From the NCBI GenBank assembly GCA_963751455.1, contig CAVVUN010000006.1, positions 1-64,000 on the forward strand: a DNA stretch of 64,000 nt. Direction: 5' to 3'. The number at the start of each line of letters is the position of its first letter. Within the stretch, counting starts at the first letter, position 1. The notes beneath the pieces were generated by a model that searched no databases, had not been told where the DNA came from, and saw only the letters and a program-made list of their open reading frames with translations. This document shows positions 20,845 to 30,847 of this stretch, piece after piece. The position numbers and the translations under genes are program-made. The stretch comes from Nitrospirota bacterium. Its GTDB lineage: Bacteria > Nitrospirota > UBA9217.

Positions 20845-22602
20845 CTATGCTCTCTTGAACCATCGCTTGATTTCGTCGAGGGAAAATTTCATGAGAACAG
20901 GCCTTCCATGCGGACAGCTATGCGGCATCCGGCATTTGGAAAGGTCCTCCAGTAATTGTTCCATTTCCCTCACATCCAGCTTGCGATGGACTTTTATCGC
21001 CGGATGGCAGGCCATTACACTCAGAATCCCGTGCCGCAATTCTTCGAGCTTCCCGATCCTGCCGGTAGCATTCACTTCGTCAAGGATGTCAAGAAGCAAT
21101 TGTTTGTAATCGGTCTTCCCGAGAAGAGATGGCGCGCCTTTTATCATGAAAGCGCCGCTCCCGTAGTCTTCAAGCACGAGTCCTAGTTTGTTCAGGTCCG
21201 GAAGATGTTCGGACAGCAGGGCGCTTTGGCCGGGCCCGAGCTGCACCTGCTCGGCGATCAGGAGGCTCTGGATGGAAACGCTTCCCGCCGAGAACTGGTC
21301 CTCGAGCTTCTCGAACAATACCCTCTCATGAGCGGCGTGCTGGTCTATTATCACCATTCCTTCCCGGGACTGGGCCACGATGAAGGAATCATGTATCTGG
21401 GCGAGAGGATGCATCATTTCGGATTGCGGAATGCGGATTGTCGAATGAGAAGCATCAAATTCGAAATCACCCCTGATCTCAGACCTCGACTCCCAGGGGA
21501 GATGGGGCTTGAGGGCGGTATCCCCATTCCGAATTCCGGATTCCGCATTTTCCAGATAATCAGCTACGGCCTCTTTAACCCGTTCTCCATGGCCGAACAG
21601 AGGAGTAGTAACTCCCCCCCGCAGCCCCTGCCTGATGGCGTCCCGAACGAGATCGTGAATCTGGGATTGGTTGCGGAACCGGATTTCCGCCTTTGCGGGA
21701 TGCACGTTCACATCCACGAAAGCCGGGTCGATATCTACGAAAATAAAGCCGACAGGATGCCTCTCGCGCATCAATACACCGGTATATGCAGCGTAAAGGG
21801 CATGGGTCAACGAAGGGTTCCTGACCGCCCTTCGGTTCACGTAAAAGTCCTGGTAGGTTTTATCTGCCCGGCTGTAGCCCGGAACGCCGAGAAGCCCTGC
21901 GACGGAGACGGCCTCAGTGCCGCCCGCCAATACAATGAGGTTGTCTGCTATGTCGCTTCCATATACCTGGAACGCCCTTTCCTTTAAAGATCCGGAGGGC
22001 GGCAGGTCAAGGACCGTTTTTTTATTATGAGTAAGCCTGAACCGGACTGACGGGTGCGCCATGGCCTGGCGGGAGACAGCAGTCACGATATGGGAAAATT
22101 CAGTCGCCGGACTTTTCAGAAATTTAAGGCGTGCTGGAGTATTATAAAAAAGATCGCTCATTTCGAGGGCGGTGCCCTGCGCCCCCGCCGTGTCGGACAC
22201 TGCCTTGAATGTTCCGCCTTCGATCTCTACCAGTGTTCCGGAGAGAGCGCCGCGTTCCGCTGTAATCATTCTGATCCTGGCGACCGAGGCCATGCTCGAG
22301 AGCGCCTCGCCCCGAAAGCCCATGGTCCGGACCGACTGCAGTTCCTCATCGCTCCGGATTTTGCTCGTCGCGTGGCGCTCGAACGCAATGCGCGCGTCCT
22401 CGCCGGACATGCCGTTTCCGTTGTCGGTTACGCGGATAAGGCGTAATCCCGCCTTTTCAACGTCTATGAACAGCTCGGTGGCTCCAGCGTCCAGAGAGTT
22501 TTCGATCAGCTCCTTGACGACCGAAGCCGGCCTCTCCACCACCTCACCAGCTGCAATTTTATTGATGACTTGCTCGGGAAGTATTTTGATAATTGAGGGC
22601 AT
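20845..22602 (-). CDS. mutL: DNA mismatch repair endonuclease MutL
   Basis: IAAGEVVERP, GFRGEAL, DVNVHP, DQHAAHER, CPHGRP. Confidence 0.97.
   Translation of the reverse strand: MPSIIKILPEQVINKIAAGEVVERPASVVKELIENSLDAGATELFIDVEKAGLRLIRVTDNGNGMSGEDARIAFERHATSKIRSDEELQSVRTMGFRGEALSSMASVARIRMITAERGALSGTLVEIEGGTFKAVSDTAGAQGTALEMSDLFYNTPARLKFLKSPATEFSHIVTAVSRQAMAHPSVRFRLTHNKKTVLDLPPSGSLKERAFQVYGSDIADNLIVLAGGTEAVSVAGLLGVPGYSRADKTYQDFYVNRRAVRNPSLTHALYAAYTGVLMRERHPVGFIFVDIDPAFVDVNVHPAKAEIRFRNQSQIHDLVRDAIRQGLRGGVTTPLFGHGERVKEAVADYLENAESGIRNGDTALKPHLPWESRSEIRGDFEFDASHSTIRIPQSEMMHPLAQIHDSFIVAQSREGMVIIDQHAAHERVLFEKLEDQFSAGSVSIQSLLIAEQVQLGPGQSALLSEHLPDLNKLGLVLEDYGSGAFMIKGAPSLLGKTDYKQLLLDILDEVNATGRIGKLEELRHGILSVMACHPAIKVHRKLDVREMEQLLEDLSKCRMPHSCPHGRPVLMKFSLDEIKRWFKRA
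21416..21551. repeat. Inverted heptamer-repeat element in frame within mutL
   Basis: ATTTCGG ATTGCGG AATGCGG ATTGTCG ... CATTCCG AATTCCG GATTCCG CATT. Confidence 0.75.
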
Positions 22603-22712
22603 GAAATTCAGTAGTACTCAGAAGCCAGAATTCAGGAGACAAGAGAAAGACCTGATAACGATTTAAAAACTTCCCACTCTTACAACTTTGACTCCTGCCT
22701 CCTGGCTCTGTT

Positions 22713-24047
22713 TTAATATTTCAGCTTCGCCTTTTCCTGGTTTCCGACAACAACGATCGCCATGGAGTCAGGATGAAGGTACTTCTTCGCAACTCTCTGG
22801 ATATCCTCACGGGTGACCTGATTGATCAGGGACGGGTATTTATCCGGGTAGTCGAGGCCGAGGTTGTATATTTCAATGGAGGTAAGCATTCCGGCTATTT
22901 TGCCGGACGTATCCATCCTAAGCGGGAAACTTCCGGTCAGGTACGCCTTCGCATCGGCAAGCTCTTTTTCGGACACCAAATCCGCCTGCATCCTTCGGAT
23001 CTCCTTCAGGGTTTCTTCGATCACATCGTTTGCCGATTCATTCTTGGTCTGGATGGTCACCTCAAACGTTCCTGTTTCTTTCAGCGCCTCAAACCCGCTG
23101 TGCACATCGTATGCAAGCCCCCTGTTGTCTCTGATATTGTCCATTAGCCGCGATGAAAAACCGCCGCCGCCCAGAATGTAGTTCATGATCGAGACCGCAT
23201 AATAGTCCGGGTTTTCCCTGTTGATGCCTATGTGTCCCATATCGATGTTCGCCTGCGTGATATTTTTATGAATCTTATTTACTTCGAGCTTCTGTATGGC
23301 AGGCGGCGCTGCTCTCTCCGCCTGAGGACGTTCAAAGCGTTTCCAGTTTCTGAAGTAATCGTTCAGGAGCTGTATCGTCTCCTTCTCATCCACATCTCCA
23401 ACAACAGCCACAATCGCGGTATGCGGAGTGTACCGTGAACGGTAAAAATCGAGGAGCTCCTGTCGATTCAGCTTCGGCAGGTATGCCGCGATATCATCAT
23501 TTGTCCTGCCATATGGATGATTGCCGTAGACCGCTTTATCAAAAGCCTCACTGGCAACAGTGCCCGGTTCTTCCTTCTGTCTCTGTATCTCGGCCAGTGC
23601 AGCCTTGACCTGCCGGTCTATTTCCTTCTGATCGAAGGCGGGGTTCATGAGCGCATCCGAGAGCAGGTCCAGTCCGGGGCGGATGTCTTTCTTGAGCACC
23701 CGCAGGCTTGCTGAGGCGTAATCAGCACCGCCCGCTGTCGAAATCGTAGCGCCGATAAAGTCAACCTCGCTGCTGAACCGGTTCGCGGTCCGCTTTGTCG
23801 TTCCCTGGGTAAGGAGCGCCGCGGTCAGCGAGGCAAGACCCGGCTTGGCCGCGGGTTCGGCCGTACTGCCCGCAGTGATTGCCATATTCAGCGTTACCAT
23901 GGGAATGGAATGCTTTTCGGAGAGCAGCAGGATCATTCCGTTCTCAAGCACGATGCGCTTGCCGAGCGGCTCGGCGCCGGACTTTCCCGGGAGCGACAAT
24001 AAAACCAGCGACAGGATTAGTACAACAATATATTTCATGGTTTTCAT
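22713..24047 (-). CDS. M16 peptidase, catalytically inactive subunit
   Basis: Signal peptide and M16 fold, lacks HxxEH, has GGGGFSSRL..IR..RGLAY. Confidence 0.88.
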   Translation of the reverse strand: MKTMKYIVVLILSLVLLSLPGKSGAEPLGKRIVLENGMILLLSEKHSIPMVTLNMAITAGSTAEPAAKPGLASLTAALLTQGTTKRTANRFSSEVDFIGATISTAGGADYASASLRVLKKDIRPGLDLLSDALMNPAFDQKEIDRQVKAALAEIQRQKEEPGTVASEAFDKAVYGNHPYGRTNDDIAAYLPKLNRQELLDFYRSRYTPHTAIVAVVGDVDEKETIQLLNDYFRNWKRFERPQAERAAPPAIQKLEVNKIHKNITQANIDMGHIGINRENPDYYAVSIMNYILGGGGFSSRLMDNIRDNRGLAYDVHSGFEALKETGTFEVTIQTKNESANDVIEETLKEIRRMQADLVSEKELADAKAYLTGSFPLRMDTSGKIAGMLTSIEIYNLGLDYPDKYPSLINQVTREDIQRVAKKYLHPDSMAIVVVGNQEKAKLKY

Positions 24048-24152
24048 TCCGGCATACCCTCTTTACGCAATTTGCAATTTTTGTAACGGGGCCACACGTG
24101 AGCCTGTCCTGGCCCTACCATTTTGCAATTTGCAATTTGCAATTTAAGACGA

Positions 24153-25481
24153 TCAGTTCTTCACCGGTATGAGTATCCCAACAGTCCTGTTGTCCTCGGT
24201 AAAGTATTCCTTTGCGACGCGCATGACATCTTCCCTGGTAACGGTGCGGATATTAGTCACGTATTTGCCGACAAGTTTCCAGTCCGCGACCGTTTCGTAC
24301 TGCCCGAGCAGCATCGCCTGGTAGAAAATGGAATCCTGTCCCATGACGAAGCCTGATTCAATCTGGTTCTTTGCCTTCTGCAGCTCTTCATCCGTGACCG
24401 GCGTCGTTTTCAGCTTTTCAATCTCGGAATAGAGAGCCTTTTCCACCTCGTCCGCGCTCTTGCCCGGCATGACCCCGGCATAAACATAGAAAATATTGGG
24501 ATCAATCGAGATATTATCATACTCCCCGCCTGCATACAGCGCTATCTGCTGCTCGTACACCAGGGACCGGTACAGATGCGAGCTCTTTCCGGTGGAAAGT
24601 ATGCTTTGAAGCACTTCCAAGGCGTAAGAATCGGGATGTTTTATGGCCGGGACGTGGTAACCGGTAATAACGGCGGGCAGTTCGGCATCCTTCTTGACCA
24701 TCACCCTGCGTTCGCCGGACTGTTTGGGTTCTACGGCCCGCACCTTGGGAACTTCCGGCCCGCGGGGGATCCGGCCAAAATACTTCTCGATTTTGGGAAG
24801 AAGAACTTTCGTGTCGAAGTCGCCGGCCACGACTATGGTCGCGTTGTTCGGCGTATAATACGTGCGATAGTGGTTTACGAGATCCTCGCGCGCCATGGAT
24901 TCGAGGTCCGCCATCCATCCCACGATCGGCCACTGGTAAGGATGGGCAATGAAAGCCGCGGCCATCATTTCCTCCACCGCAGCCGCGGTAGGATCGTCTT
25001 CCGTCCTCATGCGCCGCTCTTCTTTTACCACATCCCGTTCCGACTGAAAGGCCTTCTCGTCCAGCAAAAGGTTCTGCATCCGGTCAGCTTCGAGCTCGAG
25101 CGCTATTTCGATACGGTCGGCCGCGAAATTTTCGAAATAGGCCGTGTAATCCTTGCTCGTAAACGCATTATCGTTGCCCCCGTTTCGCGTGATCGTCTGG
25201 GAGAACGTCTTTGGTCCGTATTTTTTCGTGCCCTTGAACATCATGTGCTCGAGCAGATGTGACGCCCCGGTAGTGCCCAGCTTTTCGTTCCGCGATCCGA
25301 CCTTGTACCATACCTGGAACGTGACGACCGGAGCCTTATGCTCTTCCCGAAGAAGCACTTTAAGCCCGTTGCGAAGCACCTTTTCCGTTACGCGAATATC
25401 CTGGGCAGCTGCGAAGGATGCAATAAACAGGCTGAGCAAAACCGCCATTGCAGGCAGCATTCTCTTGTTCTTTTGATTCAT
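24153..25481 (-). CDS. M16 zinc peptidase, active subunit
   Basis: Signal peptide, HLLEHMMFKG, NAFT. Confidence 0.92.
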   Translation of the reverse strand: MNQKNKRMLPAMAVLLSLFIASFAAAQDIRVTEKVLRNGLKVLLREEHKAPVVTFQVWYKVGSRNEKLGTTGASHLLEHMMFKGTKKYGPKTFSQTITRNGGNDNAFTSKDYTAYFENFAADRIEIALELEADRMQNLLLDEKAFQSERDVVKEERRMRTEDDPTAAAVEEMMAAAFIAHPYQWPIVGWMADLESMAREDLVNHYRTYYTPNNATIVVAGDFDTKVLLPKIEKYFGRIPRGPEVPKVRAVEPKQSGERRVMVKKDAELPAVITGYHVPAIKHPDSYALEVLQSILSTGKSSHLYRSLVYEQQIALYAGGEYDNISIDPNIFYVYAGVMPGKSADEVEKALYSEIEKLKTTPVTDEELQKAKNQIESGFVMGQDSIFYQAMLLGQYETVADWKLVGKYVTNIRTVTREDVMRVAKEYFTEDNRTVGILIPVKN

Positions 25482-25609
25482 GCTTATCTCCTGATAATGC
25501 CTTTTACGTATATACGCTTCAGGCACTGTTGTTTTTTGTTAAACTATACCCCTCTGGATATCATTTCTCAAAGAGTATTACGAGGCAATCCCTCAGCTGT
25601 ACGGATGTG

Positions 25610-26065
25610 TCATTTAACTCCCGTATGCCCGAACCCGCCCGCGCCCCGCACGGTCTTTGATAACGCTTCCACCTGCACCAGGGTGGCCTTTTCAAGCCTG
25701 GCAAAAACAAGCTGGGCAATCCGGTCGCCGCGCCGGATCGTGAAAGCCGCGTCGCTGAAATTGAAAAGGATGATTCCCACCTCTCCACGATAGTCAGCAT
25801 CGATTGTACCCGGTGAATTGAGCATGCCGATTCCGTGCTTGAGAGCAAGTCCGCTTCGAGGCCGGACCTGGCCTTCGTAGCCCGCCGGGATCGCGATCGC
25901 TATGCCGGTCGGAATTAATTTCCAGGTCCCGGCTTGTAGGACTGTCTCGGAACCCACTGCGGCGTACAAGTCCACGCCGGCGGAATGTTCGGTCTGATAA
26001 TGAGGGATCGGCAGTCCTTCGGAATTCTTGAGCTGTGTTATATGGATGAGAAGGTTTTCAGACAT
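25610..26065 (-). CDS. dut: dUTP diphosphatase
   Basis: AGVDL, RPRSGLA, GTIDADYRGE, RGAGGFGHTG. Confidence 0.97.
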   Translation of the reverse strand: MSENLLIHITQLKNSEGLPIPHYQTEHSAGVDLYAAVGSETVLQAGTWKLIPTGIAIAIPAGYEGQVRPRSGLALKHGIGMLNSPGTIDADYRGEVGIILFNFSDAAFTIRRGDRIAQLVFARLEKATLVQVEALSKTVRGAGGFGHTGVK

Positions 26066-26078
26066 GTCTTAAAACCCT

Positions 26079-26177
26079 GCAGAGAGCATAGCGCATGGCG
26101 CAAAGCGGAAAAGATTCGAGACTCAGCTCTTTGTTCTTTAGGCTATGCACTATGCCCTATGCGCCATGCGCTCTGCG
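26079..26177. repeat. Inverted heptamer-repeat hairpin (GCATAGC/GCTATGC family)
   Basis: GCAGAGA GCATAGC GCATGGC GCAAAGC ... GCTATGC ACTATGC CCTATGC GCCATGC GCTCTGC. Confidence 0.85.
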
Positions 26178-26181
26178 AAAA

Positions 26182-27438
26182 TCATATCTCCACTATTGAA
26201 TCCGGGACCTCCGCCCTGCTGAGCGGTCCCAGGATAGTGAGCGCGATGCTGTCACGGGCAAAGAGCTGCTGGGCCAGGCGCTGCACCTGCTCGGCAGTCA
26301 CTTTCTCCACGCCCCTGATGATCTCGTCCATGGAAATATACTTGCCGAAATAAATTTCCTGGCGTGCAATCCTGCTCATATGGCTACTGCTGCTTTCGAG
26401 CGAAAGCACAAGGCTTCCCTTGATCTGGTTCTTGACCCTCGTCTCTTCGGCCCCGGTGATCCCCTCGTCTTTTATTTTCCTGAATTCCTTCAGAATGAGG
26501 CGCGCCACTTCGAGAACATTCGACGGATCCGTCCCTGCATAGACTGTCAGCATCCCCGTATCGCGATAGGACGTTACATATGAATATATGGAATAGGCGA
26601 GGGCGTTCTGTTCCCGTACCTCCTGGAAGAGACGGGAGCTCATGCTGTTGCCCAGCACGGTGTTAAGCGCCGAAATAACGTAGCGGTCTTCGTGCGTATA
26701 ATTGAGGCCCTTGCATCCTATGCAGAGCTGAACCTGCTCCAGCTGTTTTTTCTTTACGAAGACCGCCGGGGTGAACTCGGGCGTTACCTCTTTTTTCGGG
26801 ATCCCGGTCCTCGAGAGCCTTCCGAAACTGGTATTGAGGAGGTCTATCAGTTGTGCATGCTCGAAATTGCCCGCAGCGGATATAACAATCTCTTTCGGGC
26901 TGTAATAATCGTTGATATATGAGATAATATTTTCATGCTTCAATCCCCTGATCGTCTCCCTGGTTCCCAGAATCGGGCGGCCGAGCGGGTTCTCCTGCCA
27001 GATCGTGCTGGTGAAAAGCTCGTGTATGAAATCGTCGGGCGTGTCCTCCACGCCCTTGATCTCTTCAAGGATGACTTTTCGTTCCTTTTCCATCTCAACC
27101 GGGTCGAACCGGGAGCCGAGCAGAATGTCGGAAAGAATGTCTATCGCGACGGGCAGGTGTTCGTCCACGACCTTGGCGTAGTACGTGGTCGTCTCCTGGG
27201 AGGTGAAGGCGTTCATCTCTCCGCCAATGGAGTCCATTTCGATCGCTATGTCCTTCGCGGTCCTTTTCTGCGTACCCTTGAAGAACAAGTGCTCGATAAA
27301 ATGCGAGGTGCCGCCGATCTCCGGCGCTTCGTGGCGTGAACCGACCTTCACCCATACGCCGATGGATACGGAGCGTGACTTGGGAAGGGTTTCGGACACG
27401 ACCCGTATGCCGTTCGACAGAGTGTCTTTTCTGTACAT
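26182..27438 (-). CDS. Cytoplasmic M16 zinc peptidase
   Basis: HFIEHLFFKGT, NAFT, SSRLFQEVRE. Confidence 0.92.
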   Translation of the reverse strand: MYRKDTLSNGIRVVSETLPKSRSVSIGVWVKVGSRHEAPEIGGTSHFIEHLFFKGTQKRTAKDIAIEMDSIGGEMNAFTSQETTTYYAKVVDEHLPVAIDILSDILLGSRFDPVEMEKERKVILEEIKGVEDTPDDFIHELFTSTIWQENPLGRPILGTRETIRGLKHENIISYINDYYSPKEIVISAAGNFEHAQLIDLLNTSFGRLSRTGIPKKEVTPEFTPAVFVKKKQLEQVQLCIGCKGLNYTHEDRYVISALNTVLGNSMSSRLFQEVREQNALAYSIYSYVTSYRDTGMLTVYAGTDPSNVLEVARLILKEFRKIKDEGITGAEETRVKNQIKGSLVLSLESSSSHMSRIARQEIYFGKYISMDEIIRGVEKVTAEQVQRLAQQLFARDSIALTILGPLSRAEVPDSIVEI

Positions 27439-27498
27439 GATATAATCTCTCTATTATTCAATTACAAGTGAAAATCTTCTCAAAACGGAAAGAATATA

Positions 27499-27722
27499 TT
27501 CACCGCGAAGACGCGAGGGACGCTAGGAAACCGTAAAGCGTTTTTTCAGGTTTAAACTCCAGCTGCCAGTTTCGCCTTCCTCGCGACCTTTGCGCCTTGG
27601 CGGTTCAAGGGTTTTTGTATCCGGCTTGTCCGGGTTAGGGAATTAATAGCGCAAAGACACGAAGACGCAGCGAATGATTCTTACAGTGCACGAAATCTCG
27701 TGCCTTAGCGCCCTTCGCGGCG
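27499..27722. repeat. Two inverted nonamer-repeat hairpins
   Basis: CGCGAAGA CGCGAGGGA CGCTAGG ... CCTCGCGA CCTTTGCGC CTTGGCGG; and GCGCAAAGA CACGAAGA CGCAG ... TCTCGTG CCTTAGCG CCCTTCGCGG. Confidence 0.75.
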
Positions 27723-27737
27723 GAGATGGTTCATTTT

Positions 27738-29858
27738 CTATGATTTCTCTTTGTGATTTGCGCCGCCATGCGCCTGCTGCGCTGCTCGTTCCTGGACAAT
27801 CTTCTGGGCCAGGTGGCTCGGGACATCCTCGTACCCATAGAATTCCATGGTATACATTCCCCGGCCGCTCGTGAGGGAGTTGAGCGTGGGCGCGTACGTC
27901 AGCATTTCCGACATGGGCACAAGCGCCTTGATCGCCTGGCCGTTCGCCTGGGGAACCACACCCTGAACCTTGCCCCGGCGCGAGTTCAGGTCTCCGATCA
28001 CGGCGCCCAGTGTGTCGTCGGGCGACACGACCTCAACGCTCATGATCGGCTCGAGCAGGACCGGCTTGGCCGTTTCAACCGCCTTCTTGAACGCCATTGA
28101 TCCGGCGACTTTGAACGCCATTTCCGACGAGTCGACGGTGTGGTAGGATCCGTCATATACAGACACCCTGAGATCGACTACAGGATACCCGGCAAAGATG
28201 CCTTCGTGCATCGCTTCGACAACCCCTTTTTCGACGGCCGGAATATATTGTCGGGGTATGACGCCGCCGACGATTTTATCGACAAATTCGAACCCGGTGC
28301 CCCTCGGCAGCGGCTCGATTTCAAGCCAGGCGTCGCCATACTGCCCGTGCCCGCCCGTCTGCTTTTTATACTTGCCCTGGGCGCTCGCCTTAGTCCTGAT
28401 TGTCTCCTTGTACGGCACTTTCGGCGTCTTCATAGTGACGTCAACACCGAATTTGCGCTTAAGCTTTTCCAGGGTGACTTCGAGATGGACCTGTCCCATG
28501 CCGGATAGAATCATTTCCTTGGTCTGATCGTCAAACGCGAACCGAAGGGTGGGATCCTCGTCGAGAAGCTTATGTACCCCCGAACTCACTTTGTCCTCGT
28601 CTCCCCGCGATTTCGGTTCAATGGCAAAAGACATGACCGGATCCATGAACTTCGCAAAATTCAGTACGATCGGCTGCGTGTCGGCGCTGAGGGTGTCTCC
28701 GGTCAATGTTTCTTTGAGCTTCGCCGCCGCCCCGATCTGGCCTGCCGTAAGCGCTGTCGCCGACACCTGCTTTTTGCCCTGGATGTGAAACAGGGACACT
28801 ATCTTCTCTTTTACCTGTTTATTCGCATTGTAAACCGTGGAATCGGACTTGAGCGTGCCGGAGAAAACCCGTATCAGGGAGAGCTTCCCTGCGAAGGGGT
28901 CGATGACCGTCTTGAACACGATTGCGGACAGAGGTTCTTCGGGAAGGGGCTTCCGGACGATTTCGTCGCCCTTCTTCGGGTCTTTTCCTTTTATGGCAAC
29001 AATCCCGGACCTTTCGAGCGGTGACGGCAGACACATGACCACGGCGTCCATAAGCTGCTGAATGCCCATGTTCTTGACCGGTGAGCCGCAGAGCACCGGC
29101 AGAAGTCCCCCACCCAGCGTTCCGTGCTTCAGACCGCCGATGATATCTTCCTGCGAGAGGTCCCCTTTATCGAGATATTTTTCGAGCAGGCTGTCTTCGG
29201 TTTCCGCTATCTGCTCCACGAGTTTCTTCCGGTAGGCCGAGGCATCCTGCAGCATGGTATCGGGGATATTTTTTTCTTCCGATTTCCCGCTGCTGTCTTT
29301 AGAGAAATACAGCGCTTTCATCCTGATGAGGTCTACTACGCCGCTGAAGTTGTTTTCCAACCCGATAGGCAGCTGCAGAATGAGAGCGCCTTTACAAAAA
29401 TACTTCTCCATGTCTCCGACCGCGCGGAAGAAATCGGCCCGTTCCTTGTCGAGTTTGCTGACGAAGGCAATGCGCGGAATCTCGTACTCGCATGCGTAAT
29501 TGTAGATCTTCTGGGTCTCTGCCTTGACGCCTGAAACGGCGGACACAATAACGATGGCTCCGTCTACCGCACGGAGGGTCCCTTTGGTCTCTTCGAGAAA
29601 GTTGATATATCCCGGAGTGTCGATAACATTTATGCGGACGCCCTTCCAGTCCGCGAATCCGAGCGCAGCGGTAATCGTGATCTTCCTGGCGATTTCCTCC
29701 GGCTCGTGCATGAATACCGAAGTGGCGCTGTCCACACTCCCCTGGATGGCAACCGAGCCCCCGGCGAACAACATGGCATCTGCGAGCGATGTTTTTCCTG
29801 CTGATCCGTGCGACAGAATTGCGATATTGCGGATTTCCTTGACGTCGGGATTCTTCAT
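27738..29858 (-). CDS. fusA: Elongation factor G paralog (EF-G2-like)
   Basis: Full EF-G domain set with divergent G1 (SHGSAGKT) and DTPGY; outside a ribosomal operon. Confidence 0.88.
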   Translation of the reverse strand: MKNPDVKEIRNIAILSHGSAGKTSLADAMLFAGGSVAIQGSVDSATSVFMHEPEEIARKITITAALGFADWKGVRINVIDTPGYINFLEETKGTLRAVDGAIVIVSAVSGVKAETQKIYNYACEYEIPRIAFVSKLDKERADFFRAVGDMEKYFCKGALILQLPIGLENNFSGVVDLIRMKALYFSKDSSGKSEEKNIPDTMLQDASAYRKKLVEQIAETEDSLLEKYLDKGDLSQEDIIGGLKHGTLGGGLLPVLCGSPVKNMGIQQLMDAVVMCLPSPLERSGIVAIKGKDPKKGDEIVRKPLPEEPLSAIVFKTVIDPFAGKLSLIRVFSGTLKSDSTVYNANKQVKEKIVSLFHIQGKKQVSATALTAGQIGAAAKLKETLTGDTLSADTQPIVLNFAKFMDPVMSFAIEPKSRGDEDKVSSGVHKLLDEDPTLRFAFDDQTKEMILSGMGQVHLEVTLEKLKRKFGVDVTMKTPKVPYKETIRTKASAQGKYKKQTGGHGQYGDAWLEIEPLPRGTGFEFVDKIVGGVIPRQYIPAVEKGVVEAMHEGIFAGYPVVDLRVSVYDGSYHTVDSSEMAFKVAGSMAFKKAVETAKPVLLEPIMSVEVVSPDDTLGAVIGDLNSRRGKVQGVVPQANGQAIKALVPMSEMLTYAPTLNSLTSGRGMYTMEFYGYEDVPSHLAQKIVQERAAQQAHGGANHKEKS

Positions 29859-30016
29859 AAGACCACTCCTTTAGAGTTATTTTTTGTTCTTATGAAACTC
29901 GATACCTTGGAGTATTCGGACGCGAAACAGCGCCTTTCTTGCTCGCTATTGAAAATCCGGCCTCTCAGGCGCGTCGTGCGGCGAAGCGGACGGCTATTGG
30001 GATGATCACTTCTATA

Positions 30017-30283
30017 CTACCATATCTCTGACTTTATTTTACCCCCCTGCTTGATCAGCACATCTACGACCGCTTCGTTGAAATAATTCGTGGTGTTCCT
30101 GATTTCTTCGTCTACCATCGTTTCGTAATACTTTTTTCCCTCGGCAAGCTCGTCGGTCAATACGTCAAAGAGGCTGTCCTTCTCTATCCCCTCCTTGACC
30201 TTTGCCTGGTTGTAGAGAACGATGTCGGACAGTATCGTCCTCGCCAGTCTCTTTGCTTCATCGCCACTTTTAATTAATCTCAT
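30017..30283 (-). CDS. Small protein resembling myxobacterial RomX
   Basis: 88 aa, AKRLARTILSDIVLYN...LFDVL..EL.EG..YY...KSEIW. Similarity is recalled from memory, not searched. Confidence 0.55.
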   Translation of the reverse strand: MRLIKSGDEAKRLARTILSDIVLYNQAKVKEGIEKDSLFDVLTDELAEGKKYYETMVDEEIRNTTNYFNEAVVDVLIKQGGKIKSEIW

Positions 30284-30311
30284 ACTCGGCTTTCATCCGG
30301 CGTTCGCTGCA

Positions 30312-30740
30312 TCACGAAAGAATTTCGACGATTACCGGCTTGTATTTCTGCGTTTTTTCGACTTTTTTATTATACGCGTGCAGAAAGAAAAACGAAACGA
30401 CGAGGCACAGTGTTCCCGCTAAAAAAGCCCAGAGATCAGAGTGAGCTTCACTTCCGTAGCTTACGGCGATCTTCTTCGCCACGATCGCTCCGGCGATAAA
30501 GACCGCCATCGGAATTCCGTAGAGTATCAGTGACGCCTTCAGATATAGCTGCGGAGCAATCACCACTTTGACTTTCTGGCCCTTCTTTGCGCCGAGGGGA
30601 TTGGCTGCTTCCATCAGTTCTTCGTCTCCCGGATGGCAAATGCCGGACGCGGTGCACTTTTCGCAGGCGCTTTTCGTGAGAATCGCCACTTTCGCGATAT
30701 TGCCTTCGACTTCCGATACGATTCCTTCTTCCTCGATCAT
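30312..30740 (-). CDS. RseC/MucC family protein
   Basis: MIEEEGIV, SACEKC...C, LYGIP, two TM helices. Confidence 0.85.
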   Translation of the reverse strand: MIEEEGIVSEVEGNIAKVAILTKSACEKCTASGICHPGDEELMEAANPLGAKKGQKVKVVIAPQLYLKASLILYGIPMAVFIAGAIVAKKIAVSYGSEAHSDLWAFLAGTLCLVVSFFFLHAYNKKVEKTQKYKPVIVEILS

Positions 30741-30756
30741 AATGACACCATAAACC

Positions 30757-30844
30757 GCCTGGCGCATGGAGCAGAGCGCATAGCGCCGTCATGCAATCGT
30801 TATTGATGTGTTCAGGCTATGCTCCATGCGCTTTGCGCTATGCG
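30757..30844. repeat. Inverted heptamer-repeat hairpin (GCATAGC/GCTATGC family)
   Basis: GCCTGGC GCATGGA GCAGAGC GCATAGC ... GCTATGC TCCATGC GCTTTGC GCTATGC. Confidence 0.85.
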
Positions 30845-30847
30845 ATT

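Noticed and set aside
29860-30010. Structured RNA leader upstream of the EF-G paralog
   Set aside because: The region is GC-rich with possible pairing, but shows no recognisable family or convincing long stem.
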